64,000 nt of DNA from a virus: IMG/VR virus record IMGVR_UViG_3300023179_008562, positions 1-64,000 of that record. The stretch is one strand, 5' to 3'. Made by a program: the position numbers and the translations under genes. Position 1 is the stretch's first letter, and every line of letters starts with the position of its first letter. Of the stretch, positions 8,895 to 18,100 are shown piece after piece. The notes below the pieces were generated by a model. It had not been told where the DNA came from, ran no database searches, and saw only the letters and a list, made by a program, of their open reading frames with translations.

Positions 8895-9770
8895 TTAAAA
8901 CTCTTTTTCAACTCGCCATTGATTTTTAAAGCTGTTGGTGTTGTCGGATGTGGTGCAGGTATTTACGCAAATTTTCACTGGGTTTTGGGAATTCCAGGAA
9001 GATTTTACAGTTTCAAAATCATTGATATCATGATCTGTATTGCCCAGCCAGCAGCAGGGGTAGAGTTTTCCCTGAGCAGACAAATAAACACTGGATTCCA
9101 CCAGTGCCTGACAGTGAATTTTTCCAGAGATCACCGTGGGGACCTCATATGTTTTGGGGGGTTTTAAAAATGTTATTGGTGATGATGAAAACCTTCGACT
9201 AACTTTACCTCGGAACCATCGGAAACCCAGGGATTTGGCCAAATTTTCTGCATCAATTATCTGATGCTCATTATGTTCAAAAATCAACATATCCCAATGG
9301 GCATTACCCCCTGCCTGGATAAATGCTCGGGCATTTTCAATTAATTTCTTCCAATTGACATTAATTCTATAAATGTGATTGGTGTCTTCTAATCCATCAA
9401 TACTCCATACCACAAAATCTTTGTCTTGATTGAGGACTAAAGCTAAATCCTGCCACCATTTTGCTGTTCGAATGCCACCATTGGTATTCATCCCCAGGAC
9501 AATGTTCGGATTTATTTTTCTAAAATATTTGAAAATTTCTATAGTGTGTGCACCAGCTGCTGGGTCTCCGTACACCCCGCACATAAACATTTTATCCAGA
9601 TTTCTTATTTCGTGGTCAGTAACTACCAATTTAATTTCTGCCAGAGTCAAATGTTTTACATTGTTTTTATCAAACGAGTTGTCAGTCTCTCGAGCACATT
9701 GGGGGCAGGCTGCATTGCATGCATTGGTGGGTTCTATGTGTAATACTTTTGTACTGGATATTGGAGACAT
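8895..9770 (-). CDS. Radical SAM protein with C-terminal SPASM/twitch-like Fe-S domain
   Basis: CNAACPQC (CX3CX2C), CGVYGDP, TNG, SIDG; C-terminal YPCC and CVNTC. Confidence 0.88.
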   Translation of the reverse strand: MSPISSTKVLHIEPTNACNAACPQCARETDNSFDKNNVKHLTLAEIKLVVTDHEIRNLDKMFMCGVYGDPAAGAHTIEIFKYFRKINPNIVLGMNTNGGIRTAKWWQDLALVLNQDKDFVVWSIDGLEDTNHIYRINVNWKKLIENARAFIQAGGNAHWDMLIFEHNEHQIIDAENLAKSLGFRWFRGKVSRRFSSSPITFLKPPKTYEVPTVISGKIHCQALVESSVYLSAQGKLYPCCWLGNTDHDINDFETVKSSWNSQNPVKICVNTCTTSDNTNSFKNQWRVEKEF

Positions 9771-9818
9771 ATATAAAGGCAGCTTTCTTTTATGCGAAAG
9801 AATTTTTAGGATGCGTGC

Positions 9819-10400
9819 TTATTCAAAATTAAAATTCACATATAAAATAATTTCTTCTACACAGGTATTGGGCTCAAGTGTCATTGAATACTTGATAAAA
9901 TCTACAACATCTGAACAGTTAATGCCATTACCGGTCCAATTTTCTCGAGATCTGGACAATGGGGTGTCCAATCGATCCAATGTTATCATTGAAGTTTTAA
10001 ATTTAACCAGATTATTTTTAAATGCAATAGTGCATTGCCGACTGGCGTGAGCTAATGCAGCTTTTGAAACTCGATATGTTTCAAACATGGGGTCTGGTTC
10101 TTTGATGTGCTTCTCACCAACACTGCCGATATTGAAAATCCATCCGGATTTATTATTTGTCTTCCATTCTTGATAAACTGCATGCAGTACATTGGTTTGT
10201 CCAAAATTTGCCCAGGGTTCGTGCGGGGGGCCGTCAAACGCATTGTTTATAAAAATGTCATAATCTAAGGATTTTTTCGCTATTTTATTATGATCTTTAG
10301 TGATGTCAAATCCTTCAGTTCTTGAAATACTCTCCCCATTGAGTGAATTGCATAATACTTGCCCTAATCCTCGATTGCCGCCTGTGACCAATACGCTCAT
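9819..10400 (-). CDS. Short-chain dehydrogenase/reductase (SDR)
   Basis: VLVTGGNRGLG Rossmann motif, INNA, NIGS, catalytic YRVSK (YxxxK). Confidence 0.88.
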   Translation of the reverse strand: MSVLVTGGNRGLGQVLCNSLNGESISRTEGFDITKDHNKIAKKSLDYDIFINNAFDGPPHEPWANFGQTNVLHAVYQEWKTNNKSGWIFNIGSVGEKHIKEPDPMFETYRVSKAALAHASRQCTIAFKNNLVKFKTSMITLDRLDTPLSRSRENWTGNGINCSDVVDFIKYSMTLEPNTCVEEIILYVNFNFE

Positions 10401-11521
10401 CGTTTATTGCCTCCCTGATCCCATACTTTAGTTAATTTATTACCACACGTCATGGCACATTCAAATATGCGGCCATTGGATAAATCTTTGCTCCAACTGT
10501 CAATTATCTCTTGCCAAAATTCACTGTCAAATATTTGTTTTAACGATCGGTGATGTATGTTGAGATTCTCAAACCCGTGTTTTTCTATCAATGATCTAAT
10601 TTGATTTTTGCCATCAACAAAACTCAATTCGTTTCTGCCCGGCAAAGTATCTGCGTCATAAAATCTTTTATCATAGAGGTTATGTGTAAAAAAATTGCAA
10701 GGCAATACCAGTCCTTCTGCAGTTATTACAACTTTTCTCCCCAGCAATGAATCACAGTTGATCTCGGTGCGGTCAAAGTAATCTCTGATATCAGGGTATT
10801 CTTGTTTTATTTCAGTTATCCGAACCATGGATTTATTCTTATAGCTGGGATTGACCGGCGGTTCCAGATAATAATTTGGGGAATGTCGCTGGTACACCGG
10901 CCATTGGTCCATCTCTTCAATTTTATTGTGATGAAAAAATCTACCAGTATTTCTAGGTAAAAAAGTTTCAAACCCCAGTTCTTTACTCATAGCCTCGGCG
11001 TCGTCGACTTGATGTTCGTTGTGTTTGAATACAATGAAATTCCATTGGGCCCGCCCCCCTGCGGCAATAAATGCTGCGGCGTTTTCTATTACTTTATTAA
11101 AGTTTACATTTTTCCGATACAAATGATTGGTATCAGATAATCCGTCGATACCAAAATCTATCTTACCGTACCCATTAATAATTTTAGCCAGCTCCGCCCA
11201 CCAGGATTTTCCACGTATTCCACCATTGGTGTGCAGATACAACCACACAGTGGGGCTTTTTTGTCTGAAATCTCTTAAGATTTCCAAAAAATCTGGGTGA
11301 GCAATGGGATCGCCATAGCTGCCACAAAAAAATATTTGTCTGAGTCGCTGTACTGTTTCGGTGGGAAACGCTTGATCAATGATATTTTTGGGTAAATTCA
11401 CCAATGGAAGGTGGGGATTAACTTCATCACCATTGATATTCCTGGGGCATTGCGGACAAGCGGCATTACATAGCGTAGTGATCTCAATTTGGTATTCGTC
11501 GATATTGTCGCAGGTGAACAT
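10397..11521 (-). CDS. Radical SAM protein with SPASM/twitch-like domain (paralog of 8895-9770)
   Basis: CNAACPQC, CGSYGDP, TNGG, IDG; C-terminal LPCNF and CAMTCG. Confidence 0.88.
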   Translation of the reverse strand: MFTCDNIDEYQIEITTLCNAACPQCPRNINGDEVNPHLPLVNLPKNIIDQAFPTETVQRLRQIFFCGSYGDPIAHPDFLEILRDFRQKSPTVWLYLHTNGGIRGKSWWAELAKIINGYGKIDFGIDGLSDTNHLYRKNVNFNKVIENAAAFIAAGGRAQWNFIVFKHNEHQVDDAEAMSKELGFETFLPRNTGRFFHHNKIEEMDQWPVYQRHSPNYYLEPPVNPSYKNKSMVRITEIKQEYPDIRDYFDRTEINCDSLLGRKVVITAEGLVLPCNFFTHNLYDKRFYDADTLPGRNELSFVDGKNQIRSLIEKHGFENLNIHHRSLKQIFDSEFWQEIIDSWSKDLSNGRIFECAMTCGNKLTKVWDQGGNKR

Positions 11522-11531
11522 TAATCAATGC

Positions 11532-13307
11532 CTATTGGAAAATTTCAACATCTGTGTTATAGGTTGTAAATCCATTTTCTTTGACCACTGTCATGATATT
11601 GTTGACTCTGCTGGTTAGTTCATCCTTATGGCTGACCAACCAGACACTCTTTTGTGACTCTCGGCTCATGCGTTTCAGTATGGCCAGAGCATTTTCCACA
11701 CCACTGGCATCCATGCCCGAATCGATCAGTTCATCAATGAATAGCAAATTGATGGGTTGATACAAGCTCTCCCAGACATCACGGAACGCCCAGCTCAGGC
11801 TCAAAATCAGTCGATTGCGTTCTCCTCGGCTCAGATTGTCAAAATCCAGTTCTCGGCCCAGCTCAGTGATGTTGACCGACAGATCATTCTGGAACATCAC
11901 TGTGTGTGGCAGACCAATTCTTTCCAGATACTGTCCCAGCCTGGTGTTCAGATAACTCAGATTCTGATCAATGATTCTCTTACGAATAAACGAGTCCTTG
12001 TTGGTCAAGAGTTTCAACAAAAACTCCTGGTGGTCTCGTATGCGATTGAGTTCATTAATTATACCATAATCAATTTCCACCAGAGCAGTCTGATGCATTT
12101 CCAGAATTTGCTCGGCGTAGGGGTCTATTTCGGCCCGCTTGGCAACAAGTTGCTGCTGAAGATTTGTAACTGTGCTGCGATGATGTATGGCATCTTCTTC
12201 TTTGCTATAAAATACTCGGGGCTCAATACCAGGCTCTCCCAGGTCCTGAACTGCCTGACTCAGCTGCTGTATTTGCTGTTGGGTGTCTGATAAATGCGCA
12301 AGTTCTTCCTGCAAACTTTGTTCTTTGGCCTGCAGAACTTCTTGATGTTTGACATCGTGTATGTCCTGCCCACAGGCGTAACACCGATGATCTTTTAAGT
12401 CTGTGATTTCTTTTTGTAATTTTTCAATATTGCGCTGTTGGCGTGACTGATCGGATTCTGCTCGGGCGATGAATTTATTAAGATCAGCTAAATCTCGAGA
12501 TTTCTGACGATATTGAGACAACTGTTGGTGTGCCAGTATTTCAGCGTCAATGTCCAGAGTCAACAACTCATCCAGGGCCATCTGCAGCTTGGCAACATCA
12601 TCGGCGTGCTTGTTCTGCCAGAGAGTCTGCCGACGAATCAGATTTTCTATTTGCTCTTTGATTTTGCCATTGGCTTCAATCAAGGCCTTGATGCGATATT
12701 CTTCTTCAGTGATGGCGTCTCGAGTCTGTTTGGACTGTTCTTTGAGACTTTCGGCCTTTTCACTCAGCAGAGTAATGCCCAGCAATTGTTCAATGATGCT
12801 GCGTTGGTCATTGGCTCTGAGATTCAGAAAGGGCTCAGTGTAGGTATTGAGTGCCACAATGTGCTTGAACATGTCGTGACTCATGCCCAACAGACGTTCA
12901 ATTTCCTGCTGTGTTTCTCTGCTGTCGCCCTGACTGTTGTCGTCTTTGCTCTCTTGCTCCTGATCACCGATATAGAACTTCAACACATTGGGTTTTCGAC
13001 CGCGTTCAATTCTGTACTCTGTGCCATTGACTTCGAAGTCAATGGTGGTCAGCATGTTTCGGGCATTGGTTTTGTTGATCAGGTTATCTTTGCGGATATT
13101 GGTCAGAGCATTGCCAAATAATGCATAGCTCAGGGCATTAATGATGGTGGTCTTACCGGTGCCATTTCTGGCACCTGAATCATCACCACCCAGATCAATG
13201 TTTTCTCCCAGTACCAGTGTTAGATCTCGACGATCAAAATTAACTGCTTGTGTGGCATTGCCCACACTCATGAAATTTTTAACGGTTAGAGTTTTTATTT
13301 TAAACAT
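11532..13307 (-). CDS. gp46: Recombination endonuclease ATPase subunit (gp46/SbcC/Rad50-like)
   Basis: Walker A NGTGKTT, coiled coil with CYAC zinc hook, LSRGE signature, LLFIDE Walker B, SH loop. Confidence 0.95.
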   Translation of the reverse strand: MFKIKTLTVKNFMSVGNATQAVNFDRRDLTLVLGENIDLGGDDSGARNGTGKTTIINALSYALFGNALTNIRKDNLINKTNARNMLTTIDFEVNGTEYRIERGRKPNVLKFYIGDQEQESKDDNSQGDSRETQQEIERLLGMSHDMFKHIVALNTYTEPFLNLRANDQRSIIEQLLGITLLSEKAESLKEQSKQTRDAITEEEYRIKALIEANGKIKEQIENLIRRQTLWQNKHADDVAKLQMALDELLTLDIDAEILAHQQLSQYRQKSRDLADLNKFIARAESDQSRQQRNIEKLQKEITDLKDHRCYACGQDIHDVKHQEVLQAKEQSLQEELAHLSDTQQQIQQLSQAVQDLGEPGIEPRVFYSKEEDAIHHRSTVTNLQQQLVAKRAEIDPYAEQILEMHQTALVEIDYGIINELNRIRDHQEFLLKLLTNKDSFIRKRIIDQNLSYLNTRLGQYLERIGLPHTVMFQNDLSVNITELGRELDFDNLSRGERNRLILSLSWAFRDVWESLYQPINLLFIDELIDSGMDASGVENALAILKRMSRESQKSVWLVSHKDELTSRVNNIMTVVKENGFTTYNTDVEIFQ

Positions 13308-13331
13308 TCAAGCATCTCAAAAATTTCTTTT

Positions 13332-13361
13332 ATTATAGCATTAAAATCATGACCGATGCAA
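13332..13361 (-). promoter_or_regulatory. Sigma70-like promoter upstream of gp46
   Basis: Minus strand TTGCAT-N18-TATAAT with extended TG(C) -10. Confidence 0.55.
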
Positions 13362-13365
13362 CGGC

Positions 13366-14280
13366 CTAAACTCGCAGAACTGCTGTTGGCGTCCATAAAT
13401 CATCAAATAATTTTTTCTCCACAATGCAGTCATTGACCATTTCGACCCACTCTCTTGTCTTATTGCTAATATTATATTCTGGAAGAATTGTGTCCAGATA
13501 TTTTAAATGTTCTAGAGGCACGGGGTGCAAGTCGTTGCCTACATCAAATACAAATGGTGTGCTTTTGGGATCAAAATATGCTTTTAAATAGATATTGTCG
13601 AATATTTCTTTAATAAACCTTTCGTTTACTCCTGACAGATCACGTTCTAAAAATTTATTAATGGGTGGCCAATCGTTCCCGGATAAAGATTTATATATTT
13701 TGATAATTTCTTCTTTTTTTGGTAGTCGATTATGACCCCAGGACGAATTAAAAATAACTTCAAAGACACTGGGTTTTATATTGTCAATGACATCTTTAAA
13801 TAAATCCAGTATATCGGTAACTTGGTCTTCTTTTAAATAATCAAAATTACTACATAGATTATCCAATGGCATCATGGCTAACATATTAAAATTGACGTTC
13901 CAACTCTTTAGTAAATTTGTGGCAGCAGAAATTAATCCAACATCGCACAAAAAATTCCCCCGCCAATCAAAATAATCTTTTACAAATTCTTTTGGCCACG
14001 CCAAATGATGATATACACTACCATTGCCACGCCAATGATTTTTGATATATCTATCTTCTCTATCAGTAGTAGACCACATGATGATAATAGTATCATTGGG
14101 GGTAAATTTGTTTTTTTGGTGGCATTCAATCAACGCATGAAAAATAAATTTATTGCCAGCTCCACCCTTTCCCCAGTTTTCAAAATAATCAAACTCGCGT
14201 CCTAAGATATCGGCCCAGGTGGGCCATTTATAATTGGTGAAACTACACCCAAACGTAAAAAGTCGTTTTTTGTTATTCAT
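13366..14280 (-). CDS. SGNH/GDSL-like hydrolase or acyltransferase
   Basis: FGCSFT (block I), GKGGAGN (block II), DLHP (block V); AT-rich. Confidence 0.6.
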   Translation of the reverse strand: MNNKKRLFTFGCSFTNYKWPTWADILGREFDYFENWGKGGAGNKFIFHALIECHQKNKFTPNDTIIIMWSTTDREDRYIKNHWRGNGSVYHHLAWPKEFVKDYFDWRGNFLCDVGLISAATNLLKSWNVNFNMLAMMPLDNLCSNFDYLKEDQVTDILDLFKDVIDNIKPSVFEVIFNSSWGHNRLPKKEEIIKIYKSLSGNDWPPINKFLERDLSGVNERFIKEIFDNIYLKAYFDPKSTPFVFDVGNDLHPVPLEHLKYLDTILPEYNISNKTREWVEMVNDCIVEKKLFDDLWTPTAVLRV

Positions 14281-15452
14281 AATATATGTTTGGCAATGCC
14301 GGTTAGTATTTTATTAAATTCTTGACCTGGTAAAACATTTTTTAAATGATTAAAATTGTAATCTAATATAGGTTGCATATCAACAGCCATTTTTTGCAGT
14401 TCATCTGATGATTTATTAGATAAACTATGTAATAGCTCTAGAATAGCATCAACACGATCTTCAAAATCTTCGATTTTGTCATAACTCTCGTCCCAATAAT
14501 CGGAAAATGTTTTAAACCCCAATGATCTTAGATGTGACAATAACCCTGGGGTACCAAACAATATAAACGGGCGTTTGGTTCCGATACCTTTAAATCCTAT
14601 TTCATCATTATAGGGTTCGGGGCAGTTTACAGTCGCTTCCAACCCAATATAAATTAAAGAATTTTGCAGCTCAGACCATTGATATGATGTAGATTTAGCT
14701 TTGTCTTTGATTAAATCAATTTTTTCACAGTTTGAATAGGATTTTACAGTCTGTTGAAAATTTTTCACTATCTCTCGATTTTTATTATTTTTAATTATTA
14801 TTTCTGGATAGGTTCTGGTGAATGGTATACTAGATAAGAAATAACAAGGCGCAGCGGTTAAGTTTTCTTTAGTCGATGGTTGATACGTGCTGTCATTGGT
14901 TTGCAAAATATTATAATAATTTATAAATCCAAAGTCTTCTAATTTTTTGTCAAACAATTGTGCCATGAAGTATGTTCGATGGAATCGGCTTAGTCTACTG
15001 CCAACGGAAAACAGTTTAGTGATACGGCTAGCATTTAATTCAATATCATCAACTACTAAAGATTTTAATTTGGTGTATGAAGAAGTAATACTACCAATTG
15101 GGCAAGGGTCCACAGTAAGACGCCCCTGTACCATTTTAGTATACCTTTGGTAATTTGGTAACTGAGTAATTATTAGACAAAAATTATTTGGTATATCTAA
15201 TTCTCGTAAAACTAATTGTAGATTGTATAAAATAAATCCTGGAACATTATTGTCAATAAAAAAATCATGGTCAGCATGTAAAAAAATGATTCTTTCATCA
15301 TGAGAAAATTCAATATTCCCATCAGGAAATCTATGGTCGATATACTTTTTAAGATCATGATAGAATAGATTCATATTAAAATCATAATCGAGCATGTCAT
15401 AAAATTGACATATTTTAACCTTTGGTAATCTTGCCTTGATTAGATCAATCAT
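14277..15452 (-). CDS. Putative glycosyltransferase-like protein (GT10-like C-terminus)
   Basis: C-terminal RPFILFG..LRSLGFKTFSDYWDESYD..R..YN region is paralogous to 56825-57919; AT-rich. Confidence 0.4.
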   Translation of the reverse strand: MIDLIKARLPKVKICQFYDMLDYDFNMNLFYHDLKKYIDHRFPDGNIEFSHDERIIFLHADHDFFIDNNVPGFILYNLQLVLRELDIPNNFCLIITQLPNYQRYTKMVQGRLTVDPCPIGSITSSYTKLKSLVVDDIELNASRITKLFSVGSRLSRFHRTYFMAQLFDKKLEDFGFINYYNILQTNDSTYQPSTKENLTAAPCYFLSSIPFTRTYPEIIIKNNKNREIVKNFQQTVKSYSNCEKIDLIKDKAKSTSYQWSELQNSLIYIGLEATVNCPEPYNDEIGFKGIGTKRPFILFGTPGLLSHLRSLGFKTFSDYWDESYDKIEDFEDRVDAILELLHSLSNKSSDELQKMAVDMQPILDYNFNHLKNVLPGQEFNKILTGIAKHIL

Positions 15453-16465
15453 AGATGTCTATATATGTCTAGTAAAATTTTGGAGTCGTAATGCTCGCTA
15501 GAAATATTAGTCAATTGATTGGTGACAATGGTATCTACGCTTTCAAATGCAATATTTCCAATGGCAGTGTCCGAACTCAGATCTAGATTTTTGTTGGGCA
15601 CCAGGGTCATTTCTCTGAGACCATAGGTGCCCACAAACGTTTCCTTGATGAAGGTTGATTCCTCGTAGGTGATATCAATGTCAATGTTAACACGGCAGTG
15701 CATGCCGGGCAACAGCAATTTTTCAGGAGTCTTGAGCACATCACTCAAACCATAGACTCTGTAACGAGGCTGATCAGGCCAGGCATAATACTTCGGCTCT
15801 TGACCCCAAGCGAGTATCATCATACCACGCTCATCATCTCCGGCATCGGCATAGTTATGTGGAAAACAGTTACCAATGTAGGTGATGTTGCCACGTTGTT
15901 GTCGTTTATGAAAGTGCCCAGTAAACACGCGTTCCACCCCGTTAAACGCGTCTTCCCTAATTTCACCATGGTCCGGCATCTGTACCATGGCGTTCATGTA
16001 AAAGTGCGGCAATTCAAAATGTCCAAACATATATTTGGCTTGGATCTTGCCTAGTTTCTTGTGATCATCGCCCACCAACCAAGGCACAATACTGACGTCA
16101 CCTTCAGTGTAGAAGTCATTGACAATTTCAATGTTGGGAATATGTCGAGCCCACTCGGCTGATTGTACATCACGCTTGTCTCTGTAGTACAAATCGTGGT
16201 TACCGGGAATAAAAAACACGCGATCAAAGGCCTGTCCCAACAGTTCCAGCGCAGTGAGACTGTAGTTGAGTGTGACAATGTTGATGGACGCACGATTGTT
16301 GTGCCAGTCACCTGTGACAAAACAGGTGTCACAGCCTTCTGTCTTGGCAGTTGCGATAAACCATTTGACAAAGTTAAGACAGTCGTCGTTGTGTGTCAGA
16401 CTGTTGCTTTTTAATCCAAAATGGATGTCAGTTAACACCGCTGCTTTTTTGAATAAATTACTCAT
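15449..16465 (-). CDS. gp47: Recombination endonuclease nuclease subunit (gp47/SbcD/Mre11-like)
   Basis: Metallophosphoesterase motifs DIHFG, GDW, GNHD, GHF, GHFH; ATG at 16465 overlaps the end of the sigma gene. Confidence 0.94.
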   Translation of the reverse strand: MSNLFKKAAVLTDIHFGLKSNSLTHNDDCLNFVKWFIATAKTEGCDTCFVTGDWHNNRASINIVTLNYSLTALELLGQAFDRVFFIPGNHDLYYRDKRDVQSAEWARHIPNIEIVNDFYTEGDVSIVPWLVGDDHKKLGKIQAKYMFGHFELPHFYMNAMVQMPDHGEIREDAFNGVERVFTGHFHKRQQRGNITYIGNCFPHNYADAGDDERGMMILAWGQEPKYYAWPDQPRYRVYGLSDVLKTPEKLLLPGMHCRVNIDIDITYEESTFIKETFVGTYGLREMTLVPNKNLDLSSDTAIGNIAFESVDTIVTNQLTNISSEHYDSKILLDIYRHL

Positions 16466-17330
16466 CGTAATGGCCACCACCCCATTCGTTTTGTCGGGTA
16501 TAACTGGGATTATAGTTGTTCATTTCCAGGATGTCATCTCGGATGTTCTGGTTGCGTTTTTCTATATTCAATACTCGAGTAAAACTGTTGGTAATAGCAG
16601 CGGTATAATAAGCAAATGGATTCTGTGATTTTGATTCATCAAATTGCAGACCAATCTGACTCAGCTGCAGCAGGGCCTGACTGCGCATCTCGTCGTTGTA
16701 GGTATAGCCTCGCCAGTTGCTGCGTGTGGCATAACGTTCGCACAGTTTGACAAACATATGAGCCAATTTGGGTGTCATGGCACCATGATCTCGACTGAAC
16801 ATGCCAGATTCCAAATCGCCCATCCAATGACTCCGGCCCACCAGCACAGGAGTTAGATCTTCAGTAACCCGGTAGTGTTGAAAAGGTGGGAAGTTGACCT
16901 TGACGTATTTGGCTGGTGCTCGAATCTGTATGGGTGGTTCGTCATATTCGGTCTCTGCCAGTTCATCTTCATAATCTTCCTGTGCTTTGGCGTCAGCCTT
17001 GCGTTGTTTGACATCATCAATGGGAATGTGCTCCCAGGACATGACACGAAAAATAATATCAGTGATGGGCACGGAAGTGGGTGCTATGGTCACGGCCTCT
17101 AATTTGACTTTGTTGCCCTGCGCCAGTTCGGCATCTTGTGCTTCTTTGCTGAGTCTGTCGGCCCGTAATTTTCTGGCCTCGGTGATGGTCTTTTTGGTAA
17201 TCCTGCCAACTGAGTCTACGATCATGTCATAATTGGCATCTTCTGGTGTGGAGAAACTACAGTATGTGATTTTGCTACGGTGTATTTCTTTTAGTATGTC
17301 TTTATTGTTTAGGTAATTGACTTTACGAAT
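16458..17330 (-). CDS. gp55: Late-transcription sigma factor (T4 gp55-like); proposed start is the non-canonical ATT at 17330
   Basis: [11 protein letters not shown]-terminus; [35 protein letters not shown] motifs; gene order 55-47-46 as in T4; AAGGGG SD 7 nt before ATT. Confidence 0.85.
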   Translation of the reverse strand: MRKVNYLNNKDILKEIHRSKITYCSFSTPEDANYDMIVDSVGRITKKTITEARKLRADRLSKEAQDAELAQGNKVKLEAVTIAPTSVPITDIIFRVMSWEHIPIDDVKQRKADAKAQEDYEDELAETEYDEPPIQIRAPAKYVKVNFPPFQHYRVTEDLTPVLVGRSHWMGDLESGMFSRDHGAMTPKLAHMFVKLCERYATRSNWRGYTYNDEMRSQALLQLSQIGLQFDESKSQNPFAYYTAAITNSFTRVLNIEKRNQNIRDDILEMNNYNPSYTRQNEWGGGHYDE

Positions 17331-17976
17331 TTTGATTCCCCTTTTTATCTTGTGCAGCACGTCTGGCCTCTGACCAAGGTTTTCCTCGGTGCACTTTGCC
17401 AATATTTTCTCTGTGTTGTTCACTAAACGGTGCTTTGGGTTTTCCTGCTAGTGACCCGCTAATTTTTTTTCTGTGTTCAGTTGACAATGGTTTATTAATT
17501 TTGGCATTTGACATTTTTTCTTTGGATTCAACTGATCTTGTTTTTCCTTTATTGGATTCACTAATTTTTCTTTTTGTCTCTTCACTACAAGGGCGCTTTG
17601 CTCTATTTTTTGCAGCTATCGATCTTTTTAACCGGGTTTCAGCCGACTCGTTTCTTTTAGCATACGCTAATTTTTCTCTGGTTTCAAGACTTGGATTACT
17701 AATTCCTTCGCCACCATCTGTTCTATTATGCAGAATACCAGTTCCTAAATCTTTACGCCCGTATTCTGCAATCAATTTTTTTTCTAAATCGTGTGCCTGT
17801 TGTTCGGTTAAACTATCTTTAATGAAGATAATATTTGATTGATTTTTGGGAACTGGGGTAAAATGTTTAACATAAGCTCTGTTGCCGGTGCCTTTGCCTA
17901 TGTAATATGGGGTTCCTGATTTGCCTGTATTCGAGTCTTTGTCTCTAAGATAAGCATAAACATAAAAGTTTGACAT
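17323..17976 (-). mobile_element. Free-standing GIY-YIG homing endonuclease with NUMOD3 repeats
   Basis: FYVYAY...PYYIGKG..R, E..LI..YG, N.TDGGEG catalytic domain; repeats such as [30 protein letters not shown]; own CATAAATA promoter (17993-18000) and AAGG SD. Confidence 0.88.
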
Positions 17977-18029
17977 AAAATACCTTTTATATTATTTATG
18001 CTTCTATTAAGATAATTAACCTTGCGCAC
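17898..18029 (-). pseudogene. Orphaned original 5' end of the sigma gene (MRKVNYLN..., 43-aa remnant ORF)
   Basis: AAGGA SD then GTG CGC AAG GTT AAT TAT CTT AAT, encoding the same RKVNYLN as the sigma N-terminus; then runs out of frame into the endonuclease gene and stops at TAG 17898-17900. Confidence 0.75.
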
Positions 18030-18054
18030 CTGGGTTTTCCTTTTAACAACTACT

Positions 18055-18084
18055 ATTATATAGCAAATAAATATTCAATAGCAA
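18055..18084 (-). promoter_or_regulatory. Sigma70-like promoter for the sigma/gp47 operon, overlapping a divergent late promoter
   Basis: Minus strand TTGCTA-N18-TATAAT; plus strand ATAAATA at 18067-18073 lies inside the spacer. Confidence 0.5.
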
Positions 18085-18100
18085 AGGTTTATCTACCAAA

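Noticed and set aside
9430-10050. Long antisense ORFs (also 2452-3018, 12513-13121, 23066-23656, 53110-53715)
   Set aside because: They are shadows of well-supported genes on the opposite strand and carry no recognisable motifs.
17331-17423. ORF-track N-terminal extension of the sigma factor ([10 protein letters not shown]...)
   Set aside because: It lies in an alternative frame of the endonuclease gene, and the upstream remnant shows the natural N-terminus is MRKVNYLN.
17323-18005. Group I intron or intein in the sigma gene
   Set aside because: The insert is almost entirely endonuclease ORF, with under 30 nt of flank and no room for P3-P9. It is out of frame with the sigma gene and lacks intein termini. 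The duplicated recoded start explains gene integrity without splicing.
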